Source: an uncultured Gemmatimonadales bacterium | GTDB lineage: Bacteria; Gemmatimonadota; Gemmatimonadetes; Longimicrobiales; Longimicrobiaceae | DNA: 64,000 nucleotides | Direction: 5' to 3' | Assembly (NCBI GenBank): GCA_963716255.1 | Contig: OY970303.1 | Coordinates: forward strand, 6,240,001-6,304,000 | The notes under the pieces: generated by a model | The model's input: the letters and a program-made list of their open reading frames with translations, nothing else | Told to the model about the DNA's origin: nothing | Databases searched by the model: none | Part shown: positions 28,193 through 38,026 of the stretch, in pieces | Position numbering within the stretch: the stretch's first letter is position 1 | Layout: every line of letters begins with the position of its first letter | Position numbers and translations under genes: made by a program

Positions 28193-28780
28193 CTACTGAC
28201 CAGCGCGGGCCGGCCGGGGGAGCGCCGTGGGCGGCACGAGGTTGTTCAGGCGCATGTAGTTGGCGATCTGGCTGTAGTGGTCCGCCATGTCCACCACGTG
28301 GCCCAGCACCATGCTCGCGCGGGTCACCGTGCGCGACTGGCCGCGGAACGACATGCTCACCTGGTCGGCCAGCCTCGCGTCGTCGAGCTGCGCCAGCGCT
28401 TGCTCGCAGAACGCGAACGACGCGTTGAGCTTCGCCAGCAGCTTTTCCCGGGGCCAGCCGGCCTTGACCGAGTCGGCGGTCGCGGTGTCCTCCGCCGCCA
28501 GCGAAGCCTTCATGTCGCCGAACTGGTTGCAGAACAGGTAGTTGTCGCTCGCCAGGTGCTGGGCGATGTAGCCGATGGAGAGCTGCACGGGGGTGGGCTT
28601 GTACGTGAACAGCCGCCCCGGGATGGAGTCGAACGCCTGGGCGAGGTTCCGCTGGAGGGCCAGGGTCCGCCCCCGGAACACCTCGGTGACGGGGTTCGCC
28701 GGCGGGCCGCCCGACGGCTGCTGGGCGGCGAGGCCCGCCGGCAGGGCCAGGGCGAGGAGCACTGCGCAGGAGATCTTCAT
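28193..28780 (-). CDS. exported DinB-family protein
   Basis: Signal peptide; YKPTP...QHLA...DHYSQIANYMRLNNLVPP. Confidence 0.85.
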   Translation of the reverse strand: MKISCAVLLALALPAGLAAQQPSGGPPANPVTEVFRGRTLALQRNLAQAFDSIPGRLFTYKPTPVQLSIGYIAQHLASDNYLFCNQFGDMKASLAAEDTATADSVKAGWPREKLLAKLNASFAFCEQALAQLDDARLADQVSMSFRGQSRTVTRASMVLGHVVDMADHYSQIANYMRLNNLVPPTALPRPARAGQ

Positions 28781-28898
28781 AGGTCCTCTCGGGAGCAGGG
28801 TGGGAGTCGTCGTGATACTCGGTGGCGCGGCCGACTTGCGCAACTCCCCGGGCTCCGCGCGGCCTCCGCGCCAGCCGGTCCCGGCGCGTATCGCCGCG

Positions 28899-31376
28899 TC
28901 AGCCTTCCGCCCTCAGCGCCTCCGTGGGATCGATGCTGAGCGCGCGCCGGAGCGGCACCGCGCACGCCACGAGCCCCGCGGCCAGCATCACGCCGTCCGC
29001 GGCGAGGAGCAGCAGGACGTCGCGCGTGGATCCCAGCCCCAGCAGCGCGGCCAGCCCGCTCCCGGCGAGCACGCCCGCGCTGACCTGCAGGAGCGCGCGC
29101 GAGAAGATGCCGGCCACGATCCGTCCCCGGCTCGCGCCGAGCGCGGCGCGGATGCCGATCTCGCGCGTCCGCCGCGCGACGGTGAACGACATCAGCGAGT
29201 GGATGCCGGTCGCCGACAGCAGCAGCACGATGAACGAGATCAGCCAGGCGACCGAGGTCAGCGCCCAGTTCATCTGCGCCTCGCCGCCCCCCACCCGGGC
29301 GAGCGGCTGCACGTCGGTCAGGCGGATCGTGGGATCGACGTCGGCGGCGACCGTGCGCAGGCGCGCGGCGAACGCGTCCGGGTCGCTCACGCGAATGGCG
29401 AGGCTCACGGCCGCGCCCGGCGCGGGCAGGCGCGGGCGGTATATCGCCGACTGCTCCTCCGGCCGGTCCAGCTGCCAGCCGAAGTCCCGGACCATGCCGA
29501 CGACCTCGTACCAGTCGTCGCCGGCGACGCTCTCGTCCTCCCCTTCCGCGATGCGGATGCGCTGGCCGATGGGGTTGCGCCCGCCGAACACGTGGCGCGC
29601 GAACGACTGGTTCACGATCAGCACGCGGCCGCCCTCGAAGTCGAGCGGCTGGAAGTCGCGGCCGGCGACCACCGCGGTGCCGAAGGCGGCGAAGAAGCCG
29701 CGGGAAACCTGCACGAGCGTGCTCCTGCGCAGGCCGGTGGCGGGAGCGCCGGCCGTGGTGTCGACCTCGATGCGGTACTTGAACTGGTCCATGACCGGGA
29801 GCCGGTCGGCGAACGTCACCTGCTCGACGCCGGGCTCCGCGCGGAGCCGCCGCTCCAGCTCGTCGAAGCCGAGGCGCGCGCGCCCGGCGAACGCGGCCGG
29901 ATCGGCGCCGTGGTCCTCGCGGTCGATGTCCACGCTCGCGGACAGGTACCGCTCCGCGCCGATCCCCTCCGCCCTCTGCCGGAACCGGTTCGACTCGAAC
30001 ACGCCGCCGGCGGCCAGCGGGAGGAACGCCACGGTGATGGCGACCTGCACGACGATCACCGCGGTCCAGAAGCCGCCGAACCGGAGCCCGGAGCGCGCCG
30101 CGCCGGCGCTGCGGAGCGCGTCCTGCGCGTTTCGCCTCGTGACCCGCAGCGCCGGCAGGATGCCGACGATCGCGGCGCCGAAGAGCGTGAGCCCCGTCGC
30201 GTACAGCACGGTCCGCCACGACAGGCTGTCGTCGTACCAGAACGGCAGCGCGCCGCTGAAGGCGACCATGCCCAGCCCCCAGCGCAGCGCGACCTTCGCG
30301 ACGGCCAGCCCGATCACCGCCGCGAGGCCGGCCAGCACCAGCGCCTCGACGAACAGCTGCGTGACGATGCGGGCGCGGCTGGCGCCGAGCGCGTTGCGAA
30401 CCGCGATCTCCCAGCCCCGCGTGGCCGTCCGGGCGAACACCAGCGTCGCCACGTTCACGCAGATGACGGCCAGCAGCATCAGGAAGATGCCGTTCACCAG
30501 GTTCAGCAGCCGCATGACGAAGCGCCCCTCGCCGCTCTCGACCAGCGGCTTCTCGTACGGCGTGACGCGGGGCCTGAGGTGCTCGTGCGTCGCCGGGCTG
30601 GCGGCCGCGAGGCGCGCCCCGATCACGTCCAGCTCGGCCTGCGCGTCCTCCATGGACTTGCCGGGCGCGAGGCGGCCGAAGACCCGCACGGCCGGACCGG
30701 TGCGCGGCGCGAGCCGGGAGCCGTCCACGCGCAGCGGCGTCCAGATGCGCTGGCTCACGGGGAAGCCGAAGCCTTCCGGCATCACGCCGACGATGGTCGC
30801 CGCGACGGTGCCCAGCGTCACCGTCCGGCCCACCACGTTGGGATCGCTCGCGAAGCGTGCCGTCCACACCGCGTAGCCCAGGACGAGCACCGGCGGCTCC
30901 GCCGGCCGTTCGTCCTGCTCCGTCAGCGCGCGGCCCAGCAGCGGCCTCGTCCCCATCAGCCGGAACGCGTTTGCCGTGACCTCCGCTCCGGGCACCGGCT
31001 CCACCTGTCCGTCTTCGGTGGCGAGGTTCCGCACGAAGGGGATCGCCGCGCCCAGGAGGTCCACCGACGTGACCTGCTCGCGCCAGGTCGCGTAGTCGTG
31101 CAGCGATCGTACGTCGGGCTCCTGCGCCTTCGCGTCCCAGTCGAGGATCGACACCACGCGGTCGGCGTCCGGGACCGGCAGCCGCGGGTGCTTGAACTTG
31201 TCGAGCGTCTCGAAGTACAGCGTGCCCAGCGCGATGGCGACCGCGATCGCCACCGTGGCCACCAGGGTGAGCCCCGGGTACCGCACCAGCATGCGGAACC
31301 CGACCTTGAAGTCCAGCCAGGAAAAAGGGAGCCGGTCCGCGCGGTCGGGTCCGATGCGGGCGAAGGGGTTGTTCAT
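28899..31376 (-). CDS. ABC transporter permease (duplicated MacB/FtsX, ADOP-like)
   Basis: DFKVGFRML, EIAVRNALGASR, RRTREIGIRAALGA, IDPTEALRAE. Confidence 0.9.
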   Translation of the reverse strand: MNNPFARIGPDRADRLPFSWLDFKVGFRMLVRYPGLTLVATVAIAVAIALGTLYFETLDKFKHPRLPVPDADRVVSILDWDAKAQEPDVRSLHDYATWREQVTSVDLLGAAIPFVRNLATEDGQVEPVPGAEVTANAFRLMGTRPLLGRALTEQDERPAEPPVLVLGYAVWTARFASDPNVVGRTVTLGTVAATIVGVMPEGFGFPVSQRIWTPLRVDGSRLAPRTGPAVRVFGRLAPGKSMEDAQAELDVIGARLAAASPATHEHLRPRVTPYEKPLVESGEGRFVMRLLNLVNGIFLMLLAVICVNVATLVFARTATRGWEIAVRNALGASRARIVTQLFVEALVLAGLAAVIGLAVAKVALRWGLGMVAFSGALPFWYDDSLSWRTVLYATGLTLFGAAIVGILPALRVTRRNAQDALRSAGAARSGLRFGGFWTAVIVVQVAITVAFLPLAAGGVFESNRFRQRAEGIGAERYLSASVDIDREDHGADPAAFAGRARLGFDELERRLRAEPGVEQVTFADRLPVMDQFKYRIEVDTTAGAPATGLRRSTLVQVSRGFFAAFGTAVVAGRDFQPLDFEGGRVLIVNQSFARHVFGGRNPIGQRIRIAEGEDESVAGDDWYEVVGMVRDFGWQLDRPEEQSAIYRPRLPAPGAAVSLAIRVSDPDAFAARLRTVAADVDPTIRLTDVQPLARVGGGEAQMNWALTSVAWLISFIVLLLSATGIHSLMSFTVARRTREIGIRAALGASRGRIVAGIFSRALLQVSAGVLAGSGLAALLGLGSTRDVLLLLAADGVMLAAGLVACAVPLRRALSIDPTEALRAEG

Positions 31377-31431
31377 GGGCTCATTCCCTTTCCAAGGTAG
31401 GCCGGCCGCCGGTTCCGGGGGCCGGCAGGGC

Positions 31432-32073
31432 TCACGCGGGCGCCTGCTTTCCCACGACGCTCCCGATCCAGGTCGGGAGATAGGGCGAGGTGCACCCCTT
31501 GGAGACGGGGTAGTCCCGGTAGAGGCCCAGCCTCTCGCCGAGCGCGATGCACCGGCTCCGCAGGCCCTCGTCCGCGATGCCGATCTGCGCCGCGCACCAG
31601 TTCATGTTCCACTGCACCTTCTCGCCCGCCGCGGGCAGGTCCCGCTCGATGTGCTCCAGCAGCTGCTCGTTGAGCGCGTGGTCGCCCGCCCGGATCGACC
31701 GGGCCTGCACCGACCAGAACACCCGCTGCCTGACCGTCGAGCGGTCGGAGCGCCACTTCGCCGTCTCGTTCCTGAGGGCGGCCTTCTTCATGACCACGCT
31801 CGCGATCATCCAGTCCAGCAGCTGCGACTGCTCCTTTCCCTCGGCGGCCTCGATGTCCGCGACGAGCCTTGCCATGCAGGGAACGTCGACCGTCCTGAGC
31901 TCCAGGACGAGAAGGGACAGCATCCTGGCGCTGAAGCCGCCGCTCTTCCACAGGTGGGCCGCGAGCTCGGAGCTCTTTCCCTGCTCCTTTGCGATCGCCC
32001 TGATCCCGGTGTTGTTGGGCCGGGTGGCGTCGAGCCGCTCCAGGAGGAGCTGGGCCTGGGTGGTGGGGCTCAT
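31432..32073 (-). CDS. DNA alkylation repair (AlkD-like HEAT) family protein
   Basis: VQWNMN...IALGERLGLYRDYPVSKGCTSPY family motif; ATGA coupling with the upstream gene. Confidence 0.75.
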   Translation of the reverse strand: MSPTTQAQLLLERLDATRPNNTGIRAIAKEQGKSSELAAHLWKSGGFSARMLSLLVLELRTVDVPCMARLVADIEAAEGKEQSQLLDWMIASVVMKKAALRNETAKWRSDRSTVRQRVFWSVQARSIRAGDHALNEQLLEHIERDLPAAGEKVQWNMNWCAAQIGIADEGLRSRCIALGERLGLYRDYPVSKGCTSPYLPTWIGSVVGKQAPA

Positions 32074-32960
32074 CGGGTCGTCCTCGGGTGCCTCGGGAGT
32101 GTCATGGGGCAGCGCCGGAGCGGGCGCGGCTCCGGCACGTCTGCCGCGGGGTGGTCCAGGCCCCGGACGGCGGCGAGATGCCTCGGCGGCATGAGCAGCC
32201 GCTGGACGACCCGGCGAAATCCGGCGCGGACCAGGACAGGATACAGGCGGAGCAGGGGGCGCAGCCACTCCGCGCGCCCCAGCCGCAGCAGGACCCGCAC
32301 GTGCCCGGGAGCCAGGAGGGACTGGACCCGCAGCAGGAGACGATACCGCCAGGGGCCCAGGTGGTCCCGGTAGCGGGCGTACAGCGCGTCCGTGCCCCTT
32401 CCGTGCACCAGGTCGCGGCGCAGGTGGCGCTCGCGGTCGGCTCGCCAGCCGGCGTACGTGCGCGGGAGGCCGGGGATCCCCAGCCCGGCGCCCACCCGGC
32501 GGAACACGTCGTACAGCTCGCGCCGCTCGTCCGCGTCCAGGGGCCGCGCGAGCATCTCGTGCGCCCTCTCGGAATAGTCGATGAGCATGTACAGCACGTC
32601 GCGGTGGGCCCAGTCGGGGATGCGCCGGCCTCGCCGCCGCTCCACGGCCTGGTGGGCCATCCGGATCCGCCCGAGCGTGCGCGTGGCGGTCGCCGTGTCG
32701 GCGAAGACGATCTGCTGGGCGTGGCCCGCCGTGGAAAAGAGCCTGCCGATGGGGTCGCCCGGCAGCTTCCCGGTGAAGAACAGCCAGTCGACCGCGCGGT
32801 TGAGCGCGAACTCGGCGGCCGAGCCGGCGAAGACCAGGAGCACCATGTCCCCGTCGCCCCAGATCCTCCGCACCACGGAGCCGCGGTCGACGAAATCGGC
32901 CCCCGGGCCCCGATCGGCGCCCGCGGCCGGCGCGAAAGCGGTCTGCTCGGCGGCGGTCAT
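32070..32960 (-). CDS. oxygenase MpaB/DUF2236-family protein
   Basis: SVVRRIWG...DPIGRL...H..VE pattern. Confidence 0.75.
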   Translation of the reverse strand: MTAAEQTAFAPAAGADRGPGADFVDRGSVVRRIWGDGDMVLLVFAGSAAEFALNRAVDWLFFTGKLPGDPIGRLFSTAGHAQQIVFADTATATRTLGRIRMAHQAVERRRGRRIPDWAHRDVLYMLIDYSERAHEMLARPLDADERRELYDVFRRVGAGLGIPGLPRTYAGWRADRERHLRRDLVHGRGTDALYARYRDHLGPWRYRLLLRVQSLLAPGHVRVLLRLGRAEWLRPLLRLYPVLVRAGFRRVVQRLLMPPRHLAAVRGLDHPAADVPEPRPLRRCPMTLPRHPRTTR

Positions 32961-32963
32961 GGC

Positions 32964-33689
32964 CTAGCGCCTCCGCCCCACCCCGACCACCGCCCGGACA
33001 TAGGGGCCCGCGATGGTCCCGGACGGGCCGCCGCTCGCCGTGTACTCGTACTGCTGCCAGTCCGAGTCGGAGCCGAACAGCGCCGCCAGGTAGCCCAGGC
33101 GCACGCCGATCAGCGGTCCGCGGCCGCTGCCGCCCGGCCGGAATTCCGCGCCGGCCCCCAGGTCCACCACCACCCCGTCGTGGCTCAGCACCGGCTGGCG
33201 GCCGGGAAGGGGCCGCGGGTCCGCCAGCACCTCGTCGAAGCCCACCGTGTCGGCTTCGCTCTCGAACCACAGCGCCAGCCCGCCCGCCCCGAGCCCCAGC
33301 CGCGGATAGACCCGCACCCGCGGCGAAAGGTCCACCGCGTAGCCGACGCCCACGGTCGCGTAGCCGCCGCTGAGCCCCACCGTGCGCCCCTCGTGCGGCT
33401 CGTCGCCGATGACGAGCCCCTGCCACTCGCCGCCGAGCATCACCCCGCCCGGCAGGCTCCAGTACCCGCCGATGCCCACGGCCCTCGCCGTGCTCCCGAA
33501 GGTCGGGTAGCCGCGCGCGGCCAATCGGTCGTCCAGCTCCCCCGTATCGATCCGCGACACCCCCGCCGAGATGAAGCCGGCGTCCGGGAGCCGGAGCCCG
33601 CCCTGTGCCGCCGCGGGCCCCGCCCCACCGGCTGCGAGCCCCAGCGCGACCAGCCCCGCCCTCGTGACCCGCCGTGCGATCCGTGCCAT
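32964..33689 (-). CDS. exported protein, probable outer-membrane beta-barrel
   Basis: Signal peptide; Gly/aromatic alternating strands. Confidence 0.65.
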   Translation of the reverse strand: MARIARRVTRAGLVALGLAAGGAGPAAAQGGLRLPDAGFISAGVSRIDTGELDDRLAARGYPTFGSTARAVGIGGYWSLPGGVMLGGEWQGLVIGDEPHEGRTVGLSGGYATVGVGYAVDLSPRVRVYPRLGLGAGGLALWFESEADTVGFDEVLADPRPLPGRQPVLSHDGVVVDLGAGAEFRPGGSGRGPLIGVRLGYLAALFGSDSDWQQYEYTASGGPSGTIAGPYVRAVVGVGRRR

Positions 33690-33756
33690 GCGTCCTTCCT
33701 GTTTGCGATGTGTAAAAGCTCCCGCCGCGCCGGCGTGCGGCGGCCGGCGTGCGTCC

Positions 33757-36700
33757 TCAGCTCCCGGTCTCCACCGGCTCGATGTCGTCGCCCTCCTCCC
33801 AGTCGAGCAGGCCGTACGGGTCGATGCCGGCCCGGGCGGGCCTGCCGGGCACCGTCAGGGTGATCGTCTGCGTCCCGGAGCGGACGCGGTGCTTCCGCAG
33901 GTACAGCGGCCTGCCCAGGATCTCGCCCGGCGCGGCGGGGGCGAAGATGCCGATCTCCACCGGCTCGCCCATCGGCAGCTCCGTTTCGGCGCCGGCGCTG
34001 TCGGCGACCACCTTGCGCGCCTCCACCTCCAGCGTCACCCGCCAGCCGCCCGCCGGGGTCCGCACCGCCGTGGCCCGCCGGGTGTCGAACGTCCAGAAGG
34101 TGTTCACCTCGAACAGGTCGTGCAGCAGCGGCCGGAGCGAGTCCGGCGCGGCGGCCTGCAGCTCCCGGTACAGGTCGAGGGTCGTCGCCAGGGAGCCGGC
34201 CTTTTTCCGCAGCAGGCCGGCGAGGGCGCCGTTCACGCGCTCCTCGCCCATGTACCGGCTGAGCGCGTACATGGCGAACGCTCCCTTGCGGTAGCCGGCG
34301 TACGGGTCCATGGCGCGGAGCAGCGGCAGCCCGGTGCGGATGGGCGGCCACGGGTTGGGCTCGCGCATGACGCGCATGAACTGCCGGAGCTGCTCCCGGC
34401 CCCTGGCCTCCTCCACGACCCGCATCGCCGAATACCAGGCGAGGCTCTCCGAAAGCACGATGGCTCCCTCGGCGGACGCGTGCCTGAGCTGGCCGCCCCA
34501 CCACAGGTGGGCCACCTCGTGCGCCACCACCTCGAACGCGACGTCGAGGCCCTTGGCCGGCGGGTCCAGGAGGAAGAACCCCTCGCCCCCGGTGACGACG
34601 CCGCTCCCGTCCACGCCCATGCCCATGAAGTTGCCCGGCTGCTCCACGAACTGCAGGAACCGGTGCGGGTAGGGGCCGAACCGCGTGGTGTAGTAGTCCA
34701 GCGAGGCGCGGGCGCTCCGCAGGACGCGGCCCAGGTTCGCGGTGTGCGCCGGGTGGAGGAAGACGGTGATCTCCACGTCCCCGTACCGTTCCCGGTGCAC
34801 CGCGTAGTCGGCGGAGAAGAACACCATCTGCCCGCCGATGGGAACGTCGCTGGCGTAGTGGAAGTAGCGGCGGCCGCCCTCGGTCCAGGTACGCCGCAGC
34901 GTGCCCGGCGCGACGGCCACCTGGTCCGCGTCGGTGCCCACGACCGCGTCGAAGACGGAGCCCTCCCCCGCGGCGAGGTCGGGATCGACGTCGTCGGGGG
35001 TGGGGAAGGTCACCCGCCGAGGGAGTCCCTGTTCGCGCCGGTCGTCGGCGCTCGTGAGCTCGCGGCCTGGCTGGTAGCCGATGCGCGGCAGCAGGCCGCT
35101 GGTGAAGCGGGAGCCGTTGGGGACGACGGCGTCGCCCGCGCCGCCGCTGCGGAAGCCGCGCGGCTCGTAGCGCACCTCGAAGCCGAGCGTCAGCGAGTCG
35201 CCGGGCTGCAGCGGCTCCTCCAGAGCGTAGATGGAGTGGCGGAGCTCGTCGTCCGCCAGCACTCGCGTGGCCGGGCGGTCGAGCGTCACGCGGGTCAGGA
35301 CGCCGTCGGCCGGCGCGATGTGAACGGAGTCGATCGGCACCGCGTGGCGGTTCACCAGGCGGTACGTGCCCTTCGCCGTCGCCGCGCCGCGGTCGGGATA
35401 GATCTCCACGCGCAGGCTCGTGGCGGCCCGGTCCGGCTGCGGGATCCCCTCGTACCGCCCGTAGCGCCGCTCGTATTCGGCCTGCCGCGCCACCGCTTCC
35501 GAGGCGGAGCGGTAGTCGTTCAGCACGTTGGTGTTGTAGAAGACGAAGCCCCCGAGGGCGAGGACGAGCCCCGCCGCCGCCGCGAAGGTCCCGGCCGTGG
35601 CGCGGGTGAAGCGGTGCCGCGCGATCTCCAGCCGCGCGCCGGGACCCGGCTCCCGTCCGCGCACCCAGGACAGCCGCGTCGCCACCGCGAGCAGCAGCGC
35701 CCACGCCGCCCAGTACAGCTTGAGCCACAGCCACGGCCCCAGCGACCGGCCGAAGCCGCGCATGTCCGTGTGGGACCACCCCGGCCCGGACCCGTAGACG
35801 AGCAGGTCGTGCTCGACGCCCAGCCTGGGGGCGAAGACGATGCACAGGTACGCGACGAGCGCGACCAGCAGGCCCACGTGCTTGTGGTCCACCACCGCGT
35901 GCACCAGGAAGGCGAGCACGGCGAAGAGCAGGTACTCGGGGAGCTGGAGCCCGAAGAGGACCTTCAGGTACAGGCCCGGCTGGAAGTCGTGGTAGCCCAG
36001 GATCGCCTGGGCGAGCATCCCGGCCGCGCCCACGGCGGCCATCAGCGCGGCGAGCACCAGGCCCAGCCCCAGGAGCTTGCCCACGAACAGGACCCATTCC
36101 GGCACCGGCGTCGCGTCGATGCTCTCGCCCAGCCCCGCGTCGCGCTCCCGCCACACCAGCTCGCCGGCGAAGAACGGGACGAGGAGCGGCACGATCATCC
36201 GGTAGTCGGAGGCGAAGCCGAGGGGGGCGGTGAGGTGCTTTGCCAGCAGGTAGCCGGTCCGGGGCAGCAGCGGCACGCCCCAGTGCTCCGATTCGGCCAC
36301 CACCACCAGGACCAGCATCGCGGGGTAGGCCGCCAGGAGGAAGAGCCCGGCCGGGCTCCTCGCGATCGCCCGGAACGACGACCCGGCGATCGCGAGCGTC
36401 TGGCGCGCCTGCGTCGCGAAGCCGAACGACCTGCGCGCCCGCGGGACGGAAACCGCCGCCGGCGCTTCCGCCGCGGCGTCCGGCACCGGGGCCCCGGCGG
36501 AGAACCGCCTCGTGATCCGGCTCCACGGGTCGGCGGCGGCGCGGTGGGCGAAGCGGAAGCGCAGGTGGACCCATCCCAGCGCCGCCGAAGCGATGCCAAG
36601 CCACAGGAGCCGGTTCCACAGCACCGCCCCCTCCAGCCTGAACATGCGGACGTTCTTCTCGACGATCGTCCACTCGAGCATCATCGCGTTCATGATGCCC

Positions 36701-37344
36701 ATGATGCCGATGGGGTCCACCATCTTCCCCAGCGTCGGCTGCCCGAGCGCGAAGGTCACGACCAGGCTGACGGGAGCCGCGAGAAAGAGGAGGAGCACGC
36801 TGGCGAAGTAGCTCGACATGGCCCGGCCGCTCAGCAGCGCGAACGCGAACTGGATCGCCGTGACGATGAACGCGTTGGGCAGCGCGATGAAGGCGTAGGC
36901 GGCGAGGTACGCGGCCGGCCGGAACGGACCGACGATCGCGGGATCGATCCCCGGCGCGTAGACGGCGAGAAGGCTCCCCGCCTGCACGCCGAGCAGGACC
37001 AGCGCGTTGAGGACGAAGGCGGCGAGGAAGCGCCCTCCCAGGTATTCGGTCCTGCTGACCGGGCTCGTGTACACGAGGGGGTGCATGCCGGTGTGCACGT
37101 CCCGCGCGGCCGCCTCCCCGGCCATCGCCGAGGCCACCAGCAGCCAGATCAGGCAGCTGAACACGGACACGGCGGCGATGATGAACGGCGAGTTGAGGAC
37201 GAAGTCCTGGGGGAGCGTGACGGGGACGATGCCCACCCGCGTGTTCTGGAACGAGAACACGACCAGCACGGCGAAGGCCAGCCACGGCCAGGGACGGCGC
37301 GCCTGGTAGACGAGCTCGAACCGGAAGACCTCCCGGAGCCTCAT
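33757..37344 (-). CDS. ABC-2 permease / M1-type aminopeptidase fusion
   Basis: Multiple TM segments then HEVAH-x19-E. Confidence 0.85.
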   Translation of the reverse strand: MRLREVFRFELVYQARRPWPWLAFAVLVVFSFQNTRVGIVPVTLPQDFVLNSPFIIAAVSVFSCLIWLLVASAMAGEAAARDVHTGMHPLVYTSPVSRTEYLGGRFLAAFVLNALVLLGVQAGSLLAVYAPGIDPAIVGPFRPAAYLAAYAFIALPNAFIVTAIQFAFALLSGRAMSSYFASVLLLFLAAPVSLVVTFALGQPTLGKMVDPIGIMGIMNAMMLEWTIVEKNVRMFRLEGAVLWNRLLWLGIASAALGWVHLRFRFAHRAAADPWSRITRRFSAGAPVPDAAAEAPAAVSVPRARRSFGFATQARQTLAIAGSSFRAIARSPAGLFLLAAYPAMLVLVVVAESEHWGVPLLPRTGYLLAKHLTAPLGFASDYRMIVPLLVPFFAGELVWRERDAGLGESIDATPVPEWVLFVGKLLGLGLVLAALMAAVGAAGMLAQAILGYHDFQPGLYLKVLFGLQLPEYLLFAVLAFLVHAVVDHKHVGLLVALVAYLCIVFAPRLGVEHDLLVYGSGPGWSHTDMRGFGRSLGPWLWLKLYWAAWALLLAVATRLSWVRGREPGPGARLEIARHRFTRATAGTFAAAAGLVLALGGFVFYNTNVLNDYRSASEAVARQAEYERRYGRYEGIPQPDRAATSLRVEIYPDRGAATAKGTYRLVNRHAVPIDSVHIAPADGVLTRVTLDRPATRVLADDELRHSIYALEEPLQPGDSLTLGFEVRYEPRGFRSGGAGDAVVPNGSRFTSGLLPRIGYQPGRELTSADDRREQGLPRRVTFPTPDDVDPDLAAGEGSVFDAVVGTDADQVAVAPGTLRRTWTEGGRRYFHYASDVPIGGQMVFFSADYAVHRERYGDVEITVFLHPAHTANLGRVLRSARASLDYYTTRFGPYPHRFLQFVEQPGNFMGMGVDGSGVVTGGEGFFLLDPPAKGLDVAFEVVAHEVAHLWWGGQLRHASAEGAIVLSESLAWYSAMRVVEEARGREQLRQFMRVMREPNPWPPIRTGLPLLRAMDPYAGYRKGAFAMYALSRYMGEERVNGALAGLLRKKAGSLATTLDLYRELQAAAPDSLRPLLHDLFEVNTFWTFDTRRATAVRTPAGGWRVTLEVEARKVVADSAGAETELPMGEPVEIGIFAPAAPGEILGRPLYLRKHRVRSGTQTITLTVPGRPARAGIDPYGLLDWEEGDDIEPVETGS

Positions 37345-37541
37345 GCCGCCGCCTCCGGCCGTCCGCTGCGTCGGCCGATGTGATCTCGGAGCGTGGCGAG
37401 GACGCGCATCAGCGTGGACCTGCCGGCGCCGTTTGGGCCGAGCAGGCCGTACATCCCGGCCGGGATGGTGAGCGTCACGTCCCTGAGCGCCCGCACGCCG
37501 CCGGCGTAGGTCCTGGAGACGCCCTCGATCTTCAGTTGCAT
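37341..37541 (-). pseudogene. internally deleted ABC ATP-binding gene
   Basis: MQLKIEGVSRTY...GLLGPNGAGRSTLMRVLATL joined directly to a short tail; compare the intact paralog at 61549..62424. Confidence 0.8.
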
Positions 37542-37848
37542 GGCCGCGTGCGAGAAGGTTCGAATGCGCCGCCGGCGGCGGCTCTCCGGGCCCCGTGGCG
37601 GGGCTCCGCTTTCGGCTCGCCCGCAAAGAGCGCCGCTTTGCCAAGCGCTTTGTATTGTAAAGTAAATACCCGCGAAGCGCAAGCGCGCGATACGGCGGAT
37701 CGGGGCGCCCCGCCCGGTGACGCCCGGGTCCGTCGGCGGCACCCGTGGAGCCGCTGGAAATGGAAACGGGGGCAGGGCTCTTTTCGAGCCGCGCCCCCGT
37801 TTCGCGTCGGGGTGTGCCTGTGCGCCGTGAGGTGAGGGGGGCCATCCT

Positions 37849-38004
37849 CGCGGACGCCAGCGCCCGCTCCGCGTGAGGGATTTCGGCCCGAAGGGGCGAG
37901 ACCCCGCGCAGTTTGCGGGGGCTCGACTCCGTTAGCCCGCGTCGTTTGCGGGCTTACGGAGCCGAAGCCCGACCCCGGCGCCAGCCGGGGGCACGCCCGA
38001 ACCC
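37849..38004 (+). repeat. structured intergenic repeat, copy 1
   Basis: CGCGGACGCCAG...GCGTGAGGGAT...CTCCGTT-stem-TACGGAGCCGAAGCCCG...CACGCCC, shared with 46093-46248 and 51751-51921. Confidence 0.9.
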
Positions 38005-38026
38005 GCCGTCCAAAGCCGTTCCCGGA

